A model generated the notes under the pieces. The model was not told the DNA's origin. It did not search any database and saw only the letters and a program-made list of their open reading frames with translations. The position numbers and the translations under genes were made by a program. A stretch of DNA of 64,000 bases from Bugula neritina (taxonomy: Eukaryota; Animalia; Bryozoa), in the NCBI GenBank assembly GCA_964035545.1, contig OZ037773.1:3067751-3131750 (forward strand). Direction: 5' to 3'. Below are positions 52,151-64,000 of this stretch, piece by piece (positions within the stretch are counted from its first letter, which is position 1; every line of letters begins with the position of its first letter).

Positions 52151-55100
52151 AAAGATTGTATTATTTTAATTGGTTTAACATCCTATATTGCATTGCTTGA
52201 AACACCTAGGTTATATAATAAGTCTGATAAAAACATATAAATCTGGCTCCCTACAGCTTTACCAAGGATATCAACGATGCAAGTGCTCTTAGCCTATCTA
52301 TATAACTATAGCCAAAATAATTTATCTAACTAGAGAGGATATCAGAAATTTGCAACAATATGGACATTGCATCTTGGTTTATAATGAAGAAGTTCCAGAT
52401 TTAGGATATTATATTTATATTGCTAACAAAAGAATTGCTTTGAATAAACTGTAAGATTTAATCTTCAAAATAGCAAGGTATAGTGCAAGGTAGTTAAATG
52501 ATCATCGATTTTGTATAAAATAATAAACAAGTTGAAGTATGACTGTTGGTTAAATAAAATAGATGTAGATAGTCATATTTTACAACTGATGGCCTAATTC
52601 TTGATGCCGCCTAACAGAGCTTTATATATCAATTGATTCCAGTTAACGCTGTTTTATAATTTTGAAAGAAAATCTCATGTTGAGTAGGAAAGGCATTTGC
52701 ATGCTTTTAATAGGTTAATTTCTAGTTTATTTGTTGACTAAAAGTTACCATAAGAAAAAAGCTGGCTATAATTATGCCTAGTATCTATTATGTACATAGT
52801 TGCATTTAAAAAAAAAATGTTTATTTTTTAAAAATTTCTCAAGTGGCAGCATTGGACTTGAATTGATATATGAAAACAACTTAGTTTCCCACAATAAATT
52901 TCAAAATGGAGTTGTTTTTAATTTTATTTACACCAAAACAGGCAAAAATGCACACATGCACGAACCATGTGCACACATGCACACGTAAAAACCTAATTAT
53001 AATTTAATAAGGAGTTATATTTCCAATATACATTATCCTAGTTGCATTGGAAGGCAAAATTGAAGGAAAATATTTCACAGTAACGCCTTATGTTACACTT
53101 CGACTTAATTAAATTTCAGACATATAACATTCAAGTTCATTACAATATTTTATTTACAGAATTCTGGTGCAATTTCAATTTTGAATATTAAGATTCAACA
53201 AAACCTAACCTGGACGAATTTTCAAAAGACATATTTTCAGTAACAGACAACTCTTAAAAACTTCATCCAATCAAGCGAATTTTTACTTAAGATAGATTGC
53301 TCAATACTACTCCGGTAACTAACGCATAATTTAACATCAGCGTTATTTTTTAAAGTGCAGCAAGCACATTTTGTAAATTATTAAACGTTTTGTTTTAATC
53401 ACTATATATAGCTGTCAAGCAAGAAGCTATTAGATAGCTTTTGACGCTAGCTTTTATGCAACCCACTATAATTAAATTCATGATCACCCAATAAACTTGT
53501 TATTTAGTTTTTTCATAACTACACTGTTTATGTTTTTTTAGCCTAAGTTTTCCTACTCAACAGGTCAAATTTCTTCATTATATTGTCATCAATTATCAAT
53601 AAAAATAACTTGCCATAACCAGTAAAAAGTTGCCCTTCAATTTCAATCTTTTATTAGGAAACACTTTAGATATCTTCTTCTTTGTTCTAATAAATTATTG
53701 TTTATAATTACAAAAGTTCTTGCTTTACATACAACTTTATATAACACTATAAAATAATTATAAGCAGAGTTGTAGAAATAGAGAGAGTCCGCAACTCCAA
53801 CTACAAAACTAAATATTTGAGTTGTGTAAAAATAGATTATACAACGTTTATAATATACATTGATAAAACATTTTTTTAAAACATTTTAGTAACCTTACTG
53901 AGAAACTGTTTTAGTAACGTTGTTTTATAACATTAACTTTATATTGGAGAAAAAACGTTGCATTGAAATGTTGAAGTAACGTTTTATTGATGTTTTTTGA
54001 AAACCTTTTTGAAAAAAGGTTTATACAACATTTCAAAATACATTCATGCAACCATTTTATCAAACATTTGAACAACATTGGTATCAATCGTTTCTTTAAC
54101 GTTGGGTTAAAACGTTATGTTTATGTTTGCAGAACAACGTTGTTTGAAATGTTCTATGAATGTTGTATAAATGTTTAGTAAAACAATTTAGTTAAAACAT
54201 TTATAAAACATTTTGAAAAAACATTGATCCAACCTTTTTATCAAACATTCTATTAACCTTGGTAAAAATCATTTATTGAACGTTGAATTAAAACATTGTG
54301 GTTACGTTTGAAAGAAACGTTGTATTGAAATGTTGTATAAACGTTGTATTAATGTTTTATTGAAACAGTTTGTGCAAAACGTTGATAGAATGTTTTGAAA
54401 ACAACATTAATACAACCTTTTTTTCAAACACTTAATAAACCTTTGAAAAACACATTTATTAAACGTTGGGTTATAACGTTAATTTCATGTTTACAACAAA
54501 CGTTGCTTTGAAACATTCTACCAACGTTTAATGGATGTTTTGTTACAACGTTTGAGTCAAACATTTAATGAACGTTGTGATATACATTTATACAACAACT
54601 TTTCTCAACATTTGGTAAATGTTTGACCAAAATGTTGACTTTAAACATTTATCAAACATTACCATAACGTTAAACGGAAATGTTTGATTCTAATGTTGTG
54701 AACAAAACCTTCTGACAACACATCCGAAGGTTGTATAAACGTTTCTTGTTAGTTGGGTCCCAAAATTTATACATTCAAGTTTGCTCTTTAAAACAAAGAT
54801 TGTTTATAATTTAATATTAATTTCAACTCAATTCGACGTTCTTCTTGTATGCGTGTAGACATTTATACTCTTTTATATTAGGTTGGCAGCTGTAAATGGT
54901 TAAATGCATTTTCATTGTAATATAATCAAAGAGTTTCAAAATGCATTAATTAACATATTTACTACGTTTCTATTATTGCGCAAATGAATTCTTCATTTGC
55001 CCTATACTGAAGTACGTACATCGAAGCATAAATGCAGCCGGAAATTCATCTGAACAGCTCCTTCGATGAAAACATTCCTTTGCATTATGCACAGCTTGGA

Positions 55101-56460
55101 AACGGTTCATTCGATTAAATCGATTGAAACCTTTTGTGATGGAAGCAGATATCGGCGATTGTGGCGGCTAGTTACATATGAAGTTACAAAAGATAAATTC
55201 GTATGAATTGCATATAGGAACTTGTGACTTTCCTACGATGTAGACCGTATGGGTATTTGTACAGATTCATTTAACTTCATGAAGGCAATTACATATTATA
55301 TGGTGATGAGCATTGTTTTACATTGAACAGTTGCACAGTAAAGCACATAGTTTATATGTACCGAGTTGTAGTAGTCTTGACTTTCAGCTCTATTAGATTT
55401 AGAAAATTTTAATCCATTCAACCCTATAGAGAGACTGTGTACAGCTCAGAATCTGAAATACAGATGATTCAGTGTCAGAATTGTATTAGCATATAACATA
55501 ATATAACATGTATAAACACACAGCTGAATAGTTGTTTAATGTAGATTATCTGGATATTAAAGAAGATGGCTGAAAGTAGTTTTAGTAAATTCTGTTTTGA
55601 ATGTAAGAAAAAATTATTTCGGAACATCATTTCTATAAAAAGACCATTTTAACGCAGCTTATACAGCTAACAAAATCAAACAAGAATAATTCACAGGAAA
55701 CCAAATGCCACAAATTTTATATATGCATAGTGCGCTCACCTTTATTAATATCATATGAGCAATATTCTGCTGCAAATCCATGATTGTGTTCACAGCATTT
55801 TTGTTTTTAATGAATTAGTTTTCTATATTATTAGGTTTTGCAAAATGTGCCTCTATGTTGCACAAGATAAATTACAAGATAAAAATCATTTTACTTTAGC
55901 AAGTTTGTATTGTGATACTCCAAATTATGTGGTAATTTTATCATACGAAAATAGATATTTTTTTATATCTTTTTGTGTGTAGTACAGCACATATTTTATT
56001 AAAGTAGACATAGAGTTATTAAGCTACAATATTTCAAACTGGTACTATGAATTGTAGCTTAAATTCATGTAGAAAACAAAGAGCTTTAGTTGTGGAGTTG
56101 TCTCCCTTCTCACAACTTGACTTTGATAACACTGACTTCATCATTTTATGTAGTTGAGTATGCTCATTTACTTCATATACACAGTTTAATTCCTCAATTG
56201 CCATAGACCAACAATACACTCCAAATATACCTAATTGCAACCTTAGGTTGATGAGAACGATAATCTGTCAGCTCAATCACATTGGTCTATTATAACTTTT
56301 ACTAGCTCCATCAAATATCAGAATTCAGCTTATCTAGAGTATGTGTTTTGCATTAAATTAGATTTCAAAGACTGGAATGTGAAAGTTATGTATGCAGTAT
56401 ATATTAAGCAGACAATCAGTTTTACATTATGAAGTCAATTACTAAATTCAATATAATTTA

Positions 56461-56600
56461 AAAGGTCATGTAGTTGACACTGAGTCCCTGCAATGTGAAT
56501 CTCGTTCATAGTAGATAAGTTAGAATTATTCTGTTACTTTACATATTATGTTTCTAATAGCACCAAGTTGACAAGAACCAATGTAAGTATAAAACACTAC
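56461..56600 (+). promoter_or_regulatory. Putative promoter / non-coding first exon and donor of gene C
   Basis: AAAGGTCATGTAGTTGACACT...AGTTGACAAGAACCAAT|GTAAGTATAAAACACTAC (donor at 56583), homologous to 13321-13460. Confidence 0.5.
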
Positions 56601-56811
56601 AACTATCTGTAGAAAAAGTAATTGATAATTGTAGACTCCTGGCCAGATTATTAGGTAAAACAGGGCGAGAGAGAAACTTTGTAACCATAAGAAAAATAGA
56701 GCTTCTTGATTAACAACAATTTAGTGCATGTTTTATAGAAAAATAAGTTATATTTCATATTTATAGAGTAGACACGCAGTGCATCAGTCAAATTGGTATA
56801 TTTGACTGATG

Positions 56812-57298
56812 TGGTAGTAGTAGTGGTAGTAGTAGTGATTTTAGTAGTGTAGTAGCAGTGGTAGCAGTGGTAGCAGCAATATATAGTAGCAGTGGTAGCA
56901 GTAATATATATAGTAGCAGTGGTGGTGGCGGTAGTGGCAGTTGAGGCAGTGGCGGTAGTAGTGGGGGTAGTGATGGTAGTAGCAGTATTAGAGTGCTACA
57001 GCAGCAGCAGCAGCAGCAGTTGAGGCAGTGGCGGTAGTAGTGGGGGTGGTGATAGTAGTAGTGGGGGTAGTGATAGTAGTATAGTGGGGGTAGTGATATA
57101 GTAGTAGTGGGGGTGGTGATAGTAGTAGTGGGGGTAGTGATAGTAGTGGCAGTATTAGAGTGTTACAGCAGCAGCAGCAGTTGAGGCAGTGGCGGTAGTA
57201 GTGGAGGTAGTGATAGTAGTAGTGGAGGTAGTGATAGTAGTAGTGGAGGTAGTGATAGTTATAGTAGCAGTATTAGAGTGTTACAGCAGCAGCAGTAG
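56812..57298. repeat. (GTA/GCA/GTG)n compound repeat with 21-bp GTAGTAGTGG(G/A)GGTAGTGATA sub-units
   Basis: Direct low-complexity array. Confidence 0.9.
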
Positions 57299-57585
57299 TT
57301 TTTATAATCTAAGGAGATTCGAGCTCTCATAACATCCATCAGCTCTACAATATTATTATTTATAGAGAACAACTTTGAAACAAAAATTAACAATGATTTA
57401 CACAATCAGTAATAATATTTATAATATACTAGTGGTTCTAGTCTTGTGTGGTATTAAGAGCTGGTAATAGAATTATTTTGTCATCATGTTTATATCAGTT
57501 CTACAGCACAGTTATTCTCATTTCATTTGCAAACGAATCATAGTTAAAAAGATAAGAATTATTAGCTTTACACTGCCTTGTCAAT

Positions 57586-60240
57586 TAGTCTGGCAGAACT
57601 GGGGGTTAGGTTCGCAATCTCGGATAAAGTTTTTTTCTCTTTTGATTATTTATCTTGAGGGTCCAGGTAGATGTTTCCAGGTGGGTGTGGACCTGCCACC
57701 CTTGAGCATTTCGAGAAATCCAAGATGGCCGCCAATTATGAAAAAATCGTAATCTAGTCGGCATAAAGTCTATATATTATGTTGCAAAAATTAAAATAGA
57801 TGTGTATTTTTAAAATGAATATGTGCCATGCCAGTAAAAGGAATCAAAGTAAAAAGCCAAGAGACATGTTTCTCAGCTCAAAAATCGGAATTGCTTCAAT
57901 AAAACATCACATATGGTGCAGAGAAATGATAGAAGGTTTTTGAATAACTGTTTGGACACTGGACAGATATATAAAGAAAAATATTGCTTATTGCCAGTGA
58001 ATAGAAAGTGAAAAAAAGATACAGATGCAGCATATTGCTCAGCTAAAGTTAAAATTGAACATAATTATATATAATCGTACAAATGCGACAAACTTCCACT
58101 CATGTTCATATTAAACACCTTTTTCATTTTTTTCTATCATTAGCATTTGTTAGAAATGTTAGTTCATTGCAGCACACTCCTGTTACTGCTTCACAAGGGC
58201 AGAACTCTGTGCATGGGATAGATGTACTAGAATAGCCATATTGTGTTGTTTTGCATGATTGTTGGCTTTCACAGGAGCATTTAATGAATTTGGACCATTT
58301 TACTTTATTTAGTACACATCAGCAGATTATGGTCAAACATTCTAAAGTTTGCTCAAAATTCATGAAAACTTACTATATGGGGTAATAGAATTTGCTGATT
58401 CTATCTATGCATAACAAAAATGACTGGGAAGAGGTCCTGCAAGCGCGGCGTCATTATCATACAAGCTAAATATACATTTGTGAATCATCACGGCTTATAT
58501 AATATCCCAATGTAATAACAAATTAGGAAAAGACATAGAAAATCATGCATAATTGGAAAAAGTCTTAATTATTCAGTTTTATTTGTTAAAATTTTGATAG
58601 TTTGAGGCAAAAATCTATATGCAATAGCAGCTAAATTGTAAAAAATTGCCAAAAGCTAGAGTCGTCGAGTATACACCAAATTAACTAACATGATCTACTT
58701 CATAATACTGTCTGGTGTAAGCACAACATCATTTTCTACTCCTTTTGGGAAAAGAGATTCTATTAGATTCCCTATCACCTACCAATGTTCTAGTGGGTTT
58801 AATGCCACAGTTTTATATGGCTACCTAGAGGTGTGCTTTGGTGACATTGTCCAATAGCTTCATCTGTAGGAGGCAAAGTACATAAGTTAAAGGCACATCG
58901 CAAATAGCATTGCTGACCTTGGTTTCCCAAGCCTTTTGTCTTGTAGATGTCATGGAGGAGCACTTTGCATAATTGTAGCAACATAGCATAAACTTGGTAG
59001 CTTGTATGAATAGTAATCCTGAAAAAAGCACTAGTGTCACCAAATCACACTTTCTTTCTACCAAGACATTTAGTATGACTCCCTTTCCAATATTTTACAT
59101 CGTTGCCCCTGAGAGGCCGTGAGAAGGCAGCAAATTGTTCATTATAGGGCTTTGTCTCGAACTTTCTCATCCAGTACGCTGTGGTCCAGGATGAGTAGCG
59201 GTTTTGCAGGGCACCAAGTGCTATCAGAGTGTCATCTGATTCTATTGTCAACATCTTCATCTGAGAAGCCACATTTCAGTATGCCATCCTTCACTGTATC
59301 CATTAACCTTTTTTTGCCCTCCCTCTCTTTCTCTTTCTCTGTATCCTCATCTCAGCCACCATTATAATATCTTCCTCCGTATCTCTTCTGTGCACATGCC
59401 CATACTATTGAAGAGGTCTCCTCCTCATGTCTATTGCGATAGCTTCTATTTTGGCCTCCTCCTTTATATTATCATTTGTTACATGGTCTTCCCAATTCAT
59501 ATTGTAAATGTTTCGAAGCATCCTCATCTCAGTTGCACTTATCTGCTTCAATATTGACAAGAGCAACTGGGTGGCATCATTCTTTGAGTGGGTCATTGCC
59601 GAGTTCAATCTTCCGTTTGACAGACTCCCTGTCCTTTGAATCAGATTAGATTCTTGATTGCATCTCATCCTTATGAGCAGTAAAAGCATTTATTTCAGAC
59701 TCATCCCTGATGTCACTGCAGCCATACTGTATCTTAACGTACGTTGCATGAGTTTCGGATTTAGTGGTGATGCCAATGATTCCCCTTGCTGTGACCAAAT
59801 CTTACGAAAGTTACCTCAATGGTCATGTCCAACCAGATGCCGTCGAGCTGGCCGCGTTTATGATGCATTGTGTGGTTACCAGCCGCAAATTCAGTCCTTA
59901 CATCTTGTGGCATGACCTTCGCGCTATTCAGATAGTGCATTTCCTCTTCCATTGCTAGGTGTAAGGCCCAGTCTCCTTCTCTAACAGCTATGATGTGGGT
60001 GTTGATGGTAAAAATTTCTCCAATAAAGCACATGGTCCACAGTTTTGCTGTTCTTGAGCTCTCTGCAATCTTAATCAACATCTTTGCAAGCTTTTTCATG
60101 CTAGTGATTACACTTTCATCAAGACTGGCATTAACAGTTCTCCCACCAATATTCTCAGACCTTGTACATTCTGGAGAAACTTTTTCGATTTAGCATTTTG
60201 GAGAAACCACCAAAAGTAGAATTAACTACTTCTACCAAAT
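57586..60240 (-). mobile_element. Decayed Academ(X)-like DNA transposon
   Basis: Minus-strand fragments SRTAKLW..VREGDWALHL, GIWLDMTIEVTF, LPPTDEAIGQ and the terminal Cys-rich FIKCSCESQQSCKT..PCTEFCPCE..CCN (~58160-58290); TAGTCTGG terminus at 57586. Confidence 0.6.
59340..59545 (-). mobile_element. LINE (RTE-like) ORF2 C-terminal fragment nested in the Academ-like remnant
   Basis: ISATEMRMLRNIYNMNWEDHVTNDNIK...RRRPLQ*YGHVHRR, cf. the EM..LR..W.D..N..RL.W.GHV.R motif. Confidence 0.7.
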
Positions 60241-61014
60241 CACTTTCAGCTATTAGTGTTCCAGTGCACTCAACATAGGTCATTAAAAAGGGAGAAATTA
60301 ATAGTAAACGTTAATGAAAGGGGATTGGTATGAAAAAGGTAGGGAACCACTGTTCTAATAAATGTATTACTTCCCTCAGCATGAAATATATTTTCATTCA
60401 TAAAAAACTGTTTACAAATGCTTTTAGAGGAAAAGTGAAATGTGCTGATTGTAGAAATAGTTTTTGAAAGCAAAAATGTCAATATTTAGATAAATGATGT
60501 GTCAATAATAAAGCAATTAAATTATGTTAAGAAGCCATGGTGCTGTGTTATTAAGATTGTTGACCCCTTTTTATAACTTTAAAAAACATAGCAAGAGTTT
60601 TAAAACTGAAAATAACTATTAAGTTGGCAGCTCAACAAACCTTTTCGATAAGCATGCCAGTTGGAAATAAATTGCTATTTAGCTCATATGGCAATGGCGT
60701 GTTTTGCCTGATGTATTTATTGACCAATTTATAACAGAGTTTTCACTTTAAAAATCATGGACAAAATATCATGAGTTCAATTAAGATGCATAAATTCGGT
60801 TATATTGTCAACTCCCACAAAAGGTGTCCAATACAGAATATTATAAACATTTTATCCGCACTACTCTATGAAAAAGTTAGTAGCTTATAAATACATCTTT
60901 TAATTCTTATGATAAAATATTACCACATCAACATACTTAGCTTCATTATAGCCAGTTATATGATTACAGTTATAGATAGTATATTATATTTATGGTTATT
61001 ATAATTAATTCAAA

Positions 61015-61095
61015 AACTTTGGCCTCACCTGGAATTGAACCACAGACCTCCAGCTTGCAAGCAGGCATGCTAAACTAATACAACACAGGGGCTGC
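61015..61095 (-). mobile_element. tRNA-derived SINE head
   Basis: Reverse complement GCATGCCTGCTTGCAAGCTGGAGGTCTGTGGTTCAATTCCAGGTGAGG, related to 12560-12640. Confidence 0.5.
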
Positions 61096-61343
61096 TAGTT
61101 AAACCCAACTCGACAAATATACTATACAATGTATAGCTATGTATTTTCTGATTTCACCCATTTGGAAGTTGCAGCTTATTTTATGACAATGTTATATGTT
61201 ACTTTTTAAGTAGTCCTGTGATATGGTTTTTCCTCTTATTATAACAACATTTATATACGTAGGTATACAATAAATCAGTATTTCATTGCATTATTCAAAC
61301 TCACTGTGTAATTGTATATATATATATGTTATCTTGTAGTGAG

Positions 61344-63902
61344 ATGATAAACTACTACCACCACTTCCTCTATCATCTGTTCTGTTTATTAATCTATGCA
61401 ACAGGTAACAAAGTTGTACCTCATGTATATTGTTTATTTTATTATCACCATTTATTATATATTTAAACTTGACAATTAGGAGTGATGCATACTAAATTAG
61501 TGTAGAGCACTGAAAGAGTTATGTGTAACTTACACTGTCATAACATATTTCTAGCACAACCATCTACAGAGATAGACTACAGTACTACAACTTCACCAGA
61601 CTTCTATAAAGATGAGAAGATAACTTTCACATGTGAAGCATCTGGTTATACTGATCTGAGAACCTTACAGTTACGATATGAAGCTGATGGAGACGGTACA
61701 ATCTATCAAAGTGGATGTAGTCGAAGTGCTGAGGATGACACAGTATGGGAGAGTGCACCATCTCCAGATATTATTATTGTCTCTGGAATAGAAGGACCTG
61801 TAGTCAGTAATGCATACTGTAACTCAGTTGGTAAACCTGAAGGGTTCACTATTTCTGTGCAACTCACTTTAACTGATTCAACACTCAGAGGAAAGTTCTA
61901 CTGTAGAGGATTTGAAGGAGGTGTTGGAGAAATTCTCTCCTCAGAAGTTTCAGTGGAAATCAAAGGTAAGTTTGTGAAACAAAAATTGTATTATTTTTCT
62001 AGAATACTTTAGTTGCAAATATTTTAAATGATTTTTCTTGCAACGATTGTGCGTCCTTACCGCATATGGATTTACATACGTGAATTATCTAAAAATTGCG
62101 ACAGCAATAAAACCCATTCCCGCATATGTATCACAAAGATTTATAAATGTATATATTGTTTGTAATACTCAATATTCAACCTTGATTAGAAAATTCTAAC
62201 AAGAAAAAAATATCAGCAATGAATGAGTCAATGCAATTTCTATATACAGAGGAAACATTTGCATAATACTATGAACTGAACTTTGATAATTATTATAAAT
62301 TATTTTCATTTAAGCGATTAAGCAATGCCACTTTATATATAACATAATATAAATTTCTATATTCTGGAGTGCAGGTCTTACTTTTGTTTTTATTCAACAG
62401 TGGCTCCAACTGGTATATCACTCAATAAACCAGAAACTATCATAGAAGGAGAAGAGTTTACTTTTGATTGTAACTCTACAGGAGCAGATCCTGTGTCAGT
62501 CTATGAATACAGTGAGTATTTTTGAGTTCATCACATATTATTTATTCTACAAAATAAGTTAAGTCTAAAACAATACAGTACGTTGCAATATTAGATTGTA
62601 ATTTGATAAAATCAGTAATCCGTTTATACCAAGTAAAGAAAGATAAGTTTTGAAATATTCAACATTTAAAAAGTTGAAGCCAACAATTGTTTTGATTTTC
62701 AGATTCTAACTACAGCAGCTATCTAATGATTAGAAATGTACTAGCTATAGTACAATTTTAACTATTATAAATAGTTCTATATATAGTATCAAATCCTTTG
62801 TTATATGAGCTGTGCTAGCATATATTAAATAACATGCATATGACTGCCTAGAGTGCAATGATATATATTGACTTATTTTTATATTTCAGAAGTAAATGGT
62901 AACACAGTGGCTGGCAGATATACTCCTACTGAGACAGACAGAGCTGGACTAACTTTATCCTGTACAGATAAAGAACATTCTAACTGGAAGGGAGGGAATA
63001 CTGAACAAACTGTTACTATCACACCACAGTGTGAGTATCATCAAAACCACACTACTCGTTTGCACAAGTTTGTAAATAAGTTATGCAGCCTAAACTACAT
63101 TTGGTGAAGTTAAACAACTATAAACGAGTCTACAATTTTTACTTTGTAGATTTAGCTAGAAAACATGATGAAATTAATATAATCATAAAAGAGTTTAACT
63201 CTGGACAATCTGATGCTAAACTGGATTGTAGCCAACATGTAGATGCTAACCCACCACTCTACAGCTTCACTTGGATATATAATGGACATTTCACCAGAGA
63301 AACATCTAATGAGCTGCCTTTAGGTTCTCAAGCAGATGGTGTCACAGAAACAGCCTCATGTACAGCTGAAAATGGTCTACGTATGAATTTATATAATCAG
63401 CTATATTACAATTTAGGAGTATGCTAAGTTCACAATATTTAGATAGTTTCCTTATAAAAGTTACATCATCTCATTTCATCAAGAGAAGCTTATTTTCGAC
63501 AAAACATTTTTACCAAAAGTTCGTTTCTATTGTTAGCTATCAATGATTGCGCAGTTAGTTTAACAAGTGAGCTGCGTTCACCTCACTCATGACTTTATTC
63601 ACATAATTTTCAATTTATTGACATTTTGATTGTTCAACTACTGTAGTTAGCTTTATGGAGCAAAATTACTGCATTATAACTCAAACTAACTCTTTGTTAT
63701 TCTCATCCTTTTGCATTTTGTTTGTTTTCTGTAGCAAGAGCTATTATTATATTGTGGGCTATAAAATGGACCAGTTCTGTCACACCACCAAGCACAACGT
63801 CAACAATCATTAACAAAGCTCCTATGAGTGGGGGAATTGCTGGTGGCTGTCTGCTGCTTATCATCACAGCTGGAGTAGCATTCTATCTGGGAAAATTGAG
63901 AG
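61344..63902 (+). CDS. Gene C: 3-Ig-domain paralog, 3'-partial (cytoplasmic exon expected beyond the window)
   Basis: Exons 61344-61404 (MINYYHHFLYHLFCLLIYAT), 61555-61965, 62401-62511, 62890-63030, 63150-63380, 63735-63902 (TM MSGGIAGGCLLLIITAGVAFYL). Same exon sizes and phases as gene A apart from a 3-nt D1 deletion and a 30-nt stalk deletion; open frame throughout. Confidence 0.87.
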
Positions 63903-64000
63903 GTAATACAGAATTAAAGTTATCTGTAATGACACGGACGTTTTACTGAAAATATGCCACATAATTTTTAGTCAAACTTCCTATGCTCGATATCTAATTT

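Larger units (their letters stand above)
19528..54757 (-). mobile_element. ~35.2-kb decayed EnSpm/CACTA(CMC)-like DNA transposon with nested insertions
   Basis: Left end CCCCACTAACAA and right end TTGTTAGTTGGG (reverse complement CCCAACTAACAA), flanked on both sides by TC (19526-27, 54758-59). AACGTT-rich subterminal arrays at ~19530-20060 and ~53830-54750. Degenerate transposase-like motifs on the minus strand near the right end. Confidence 0.62.

Noticed and set aside
53830-54757. AACGTT-rich array as an independent satellite or ORF (53987-54178)
   Set aside because: Better explained as the subterminal repeat of the large DNA transposon, mirrored at 19530-20060.

Overview
AT-rich, intron-containing animal (invertebrate-type) genomic DNA; the species cannot be identified from the sequence. 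The main content is a tandem cluster of three paralogous + strand genes (A 7829-12171, B 14365-18505, C 61344 to beyond 64000). They encode type-I membrane receptors: signal peptide, an atypical long V-like Ig domain, 1-2 short C2/I-like Ig domains, an S/T/P stalk, a Gly-rich TM helix, and a cytoplasmic tail built from a 39-bp coding minisatellite that repeats phosphotyrosine motifs (ITIM-like, YxxM, ITAM-like spacing, terminal YxN). This looks like a diversifying immune or allorecognition-type receptor family; that function is inference. Gene B has lost Ig domain 2 at the site of a Penelope-like retroelement, which carries an intact minimal hammerhead ribozyme. Between B and C lies a ~35-kb decayed EnSpm/CACTA-like element (TIRs, TC target duplication) containing a KDZ/Zisupton transposase pseudogene, MITEs and a higher-order minisatellite. 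Bases 1-7054 appear identical to 36397-43450, suggesting a very recent ~36-kb tandem duplication or an assembly artefact. Exon structures were assembled by hand from splice signals and paralog comparison; no database searches were run.
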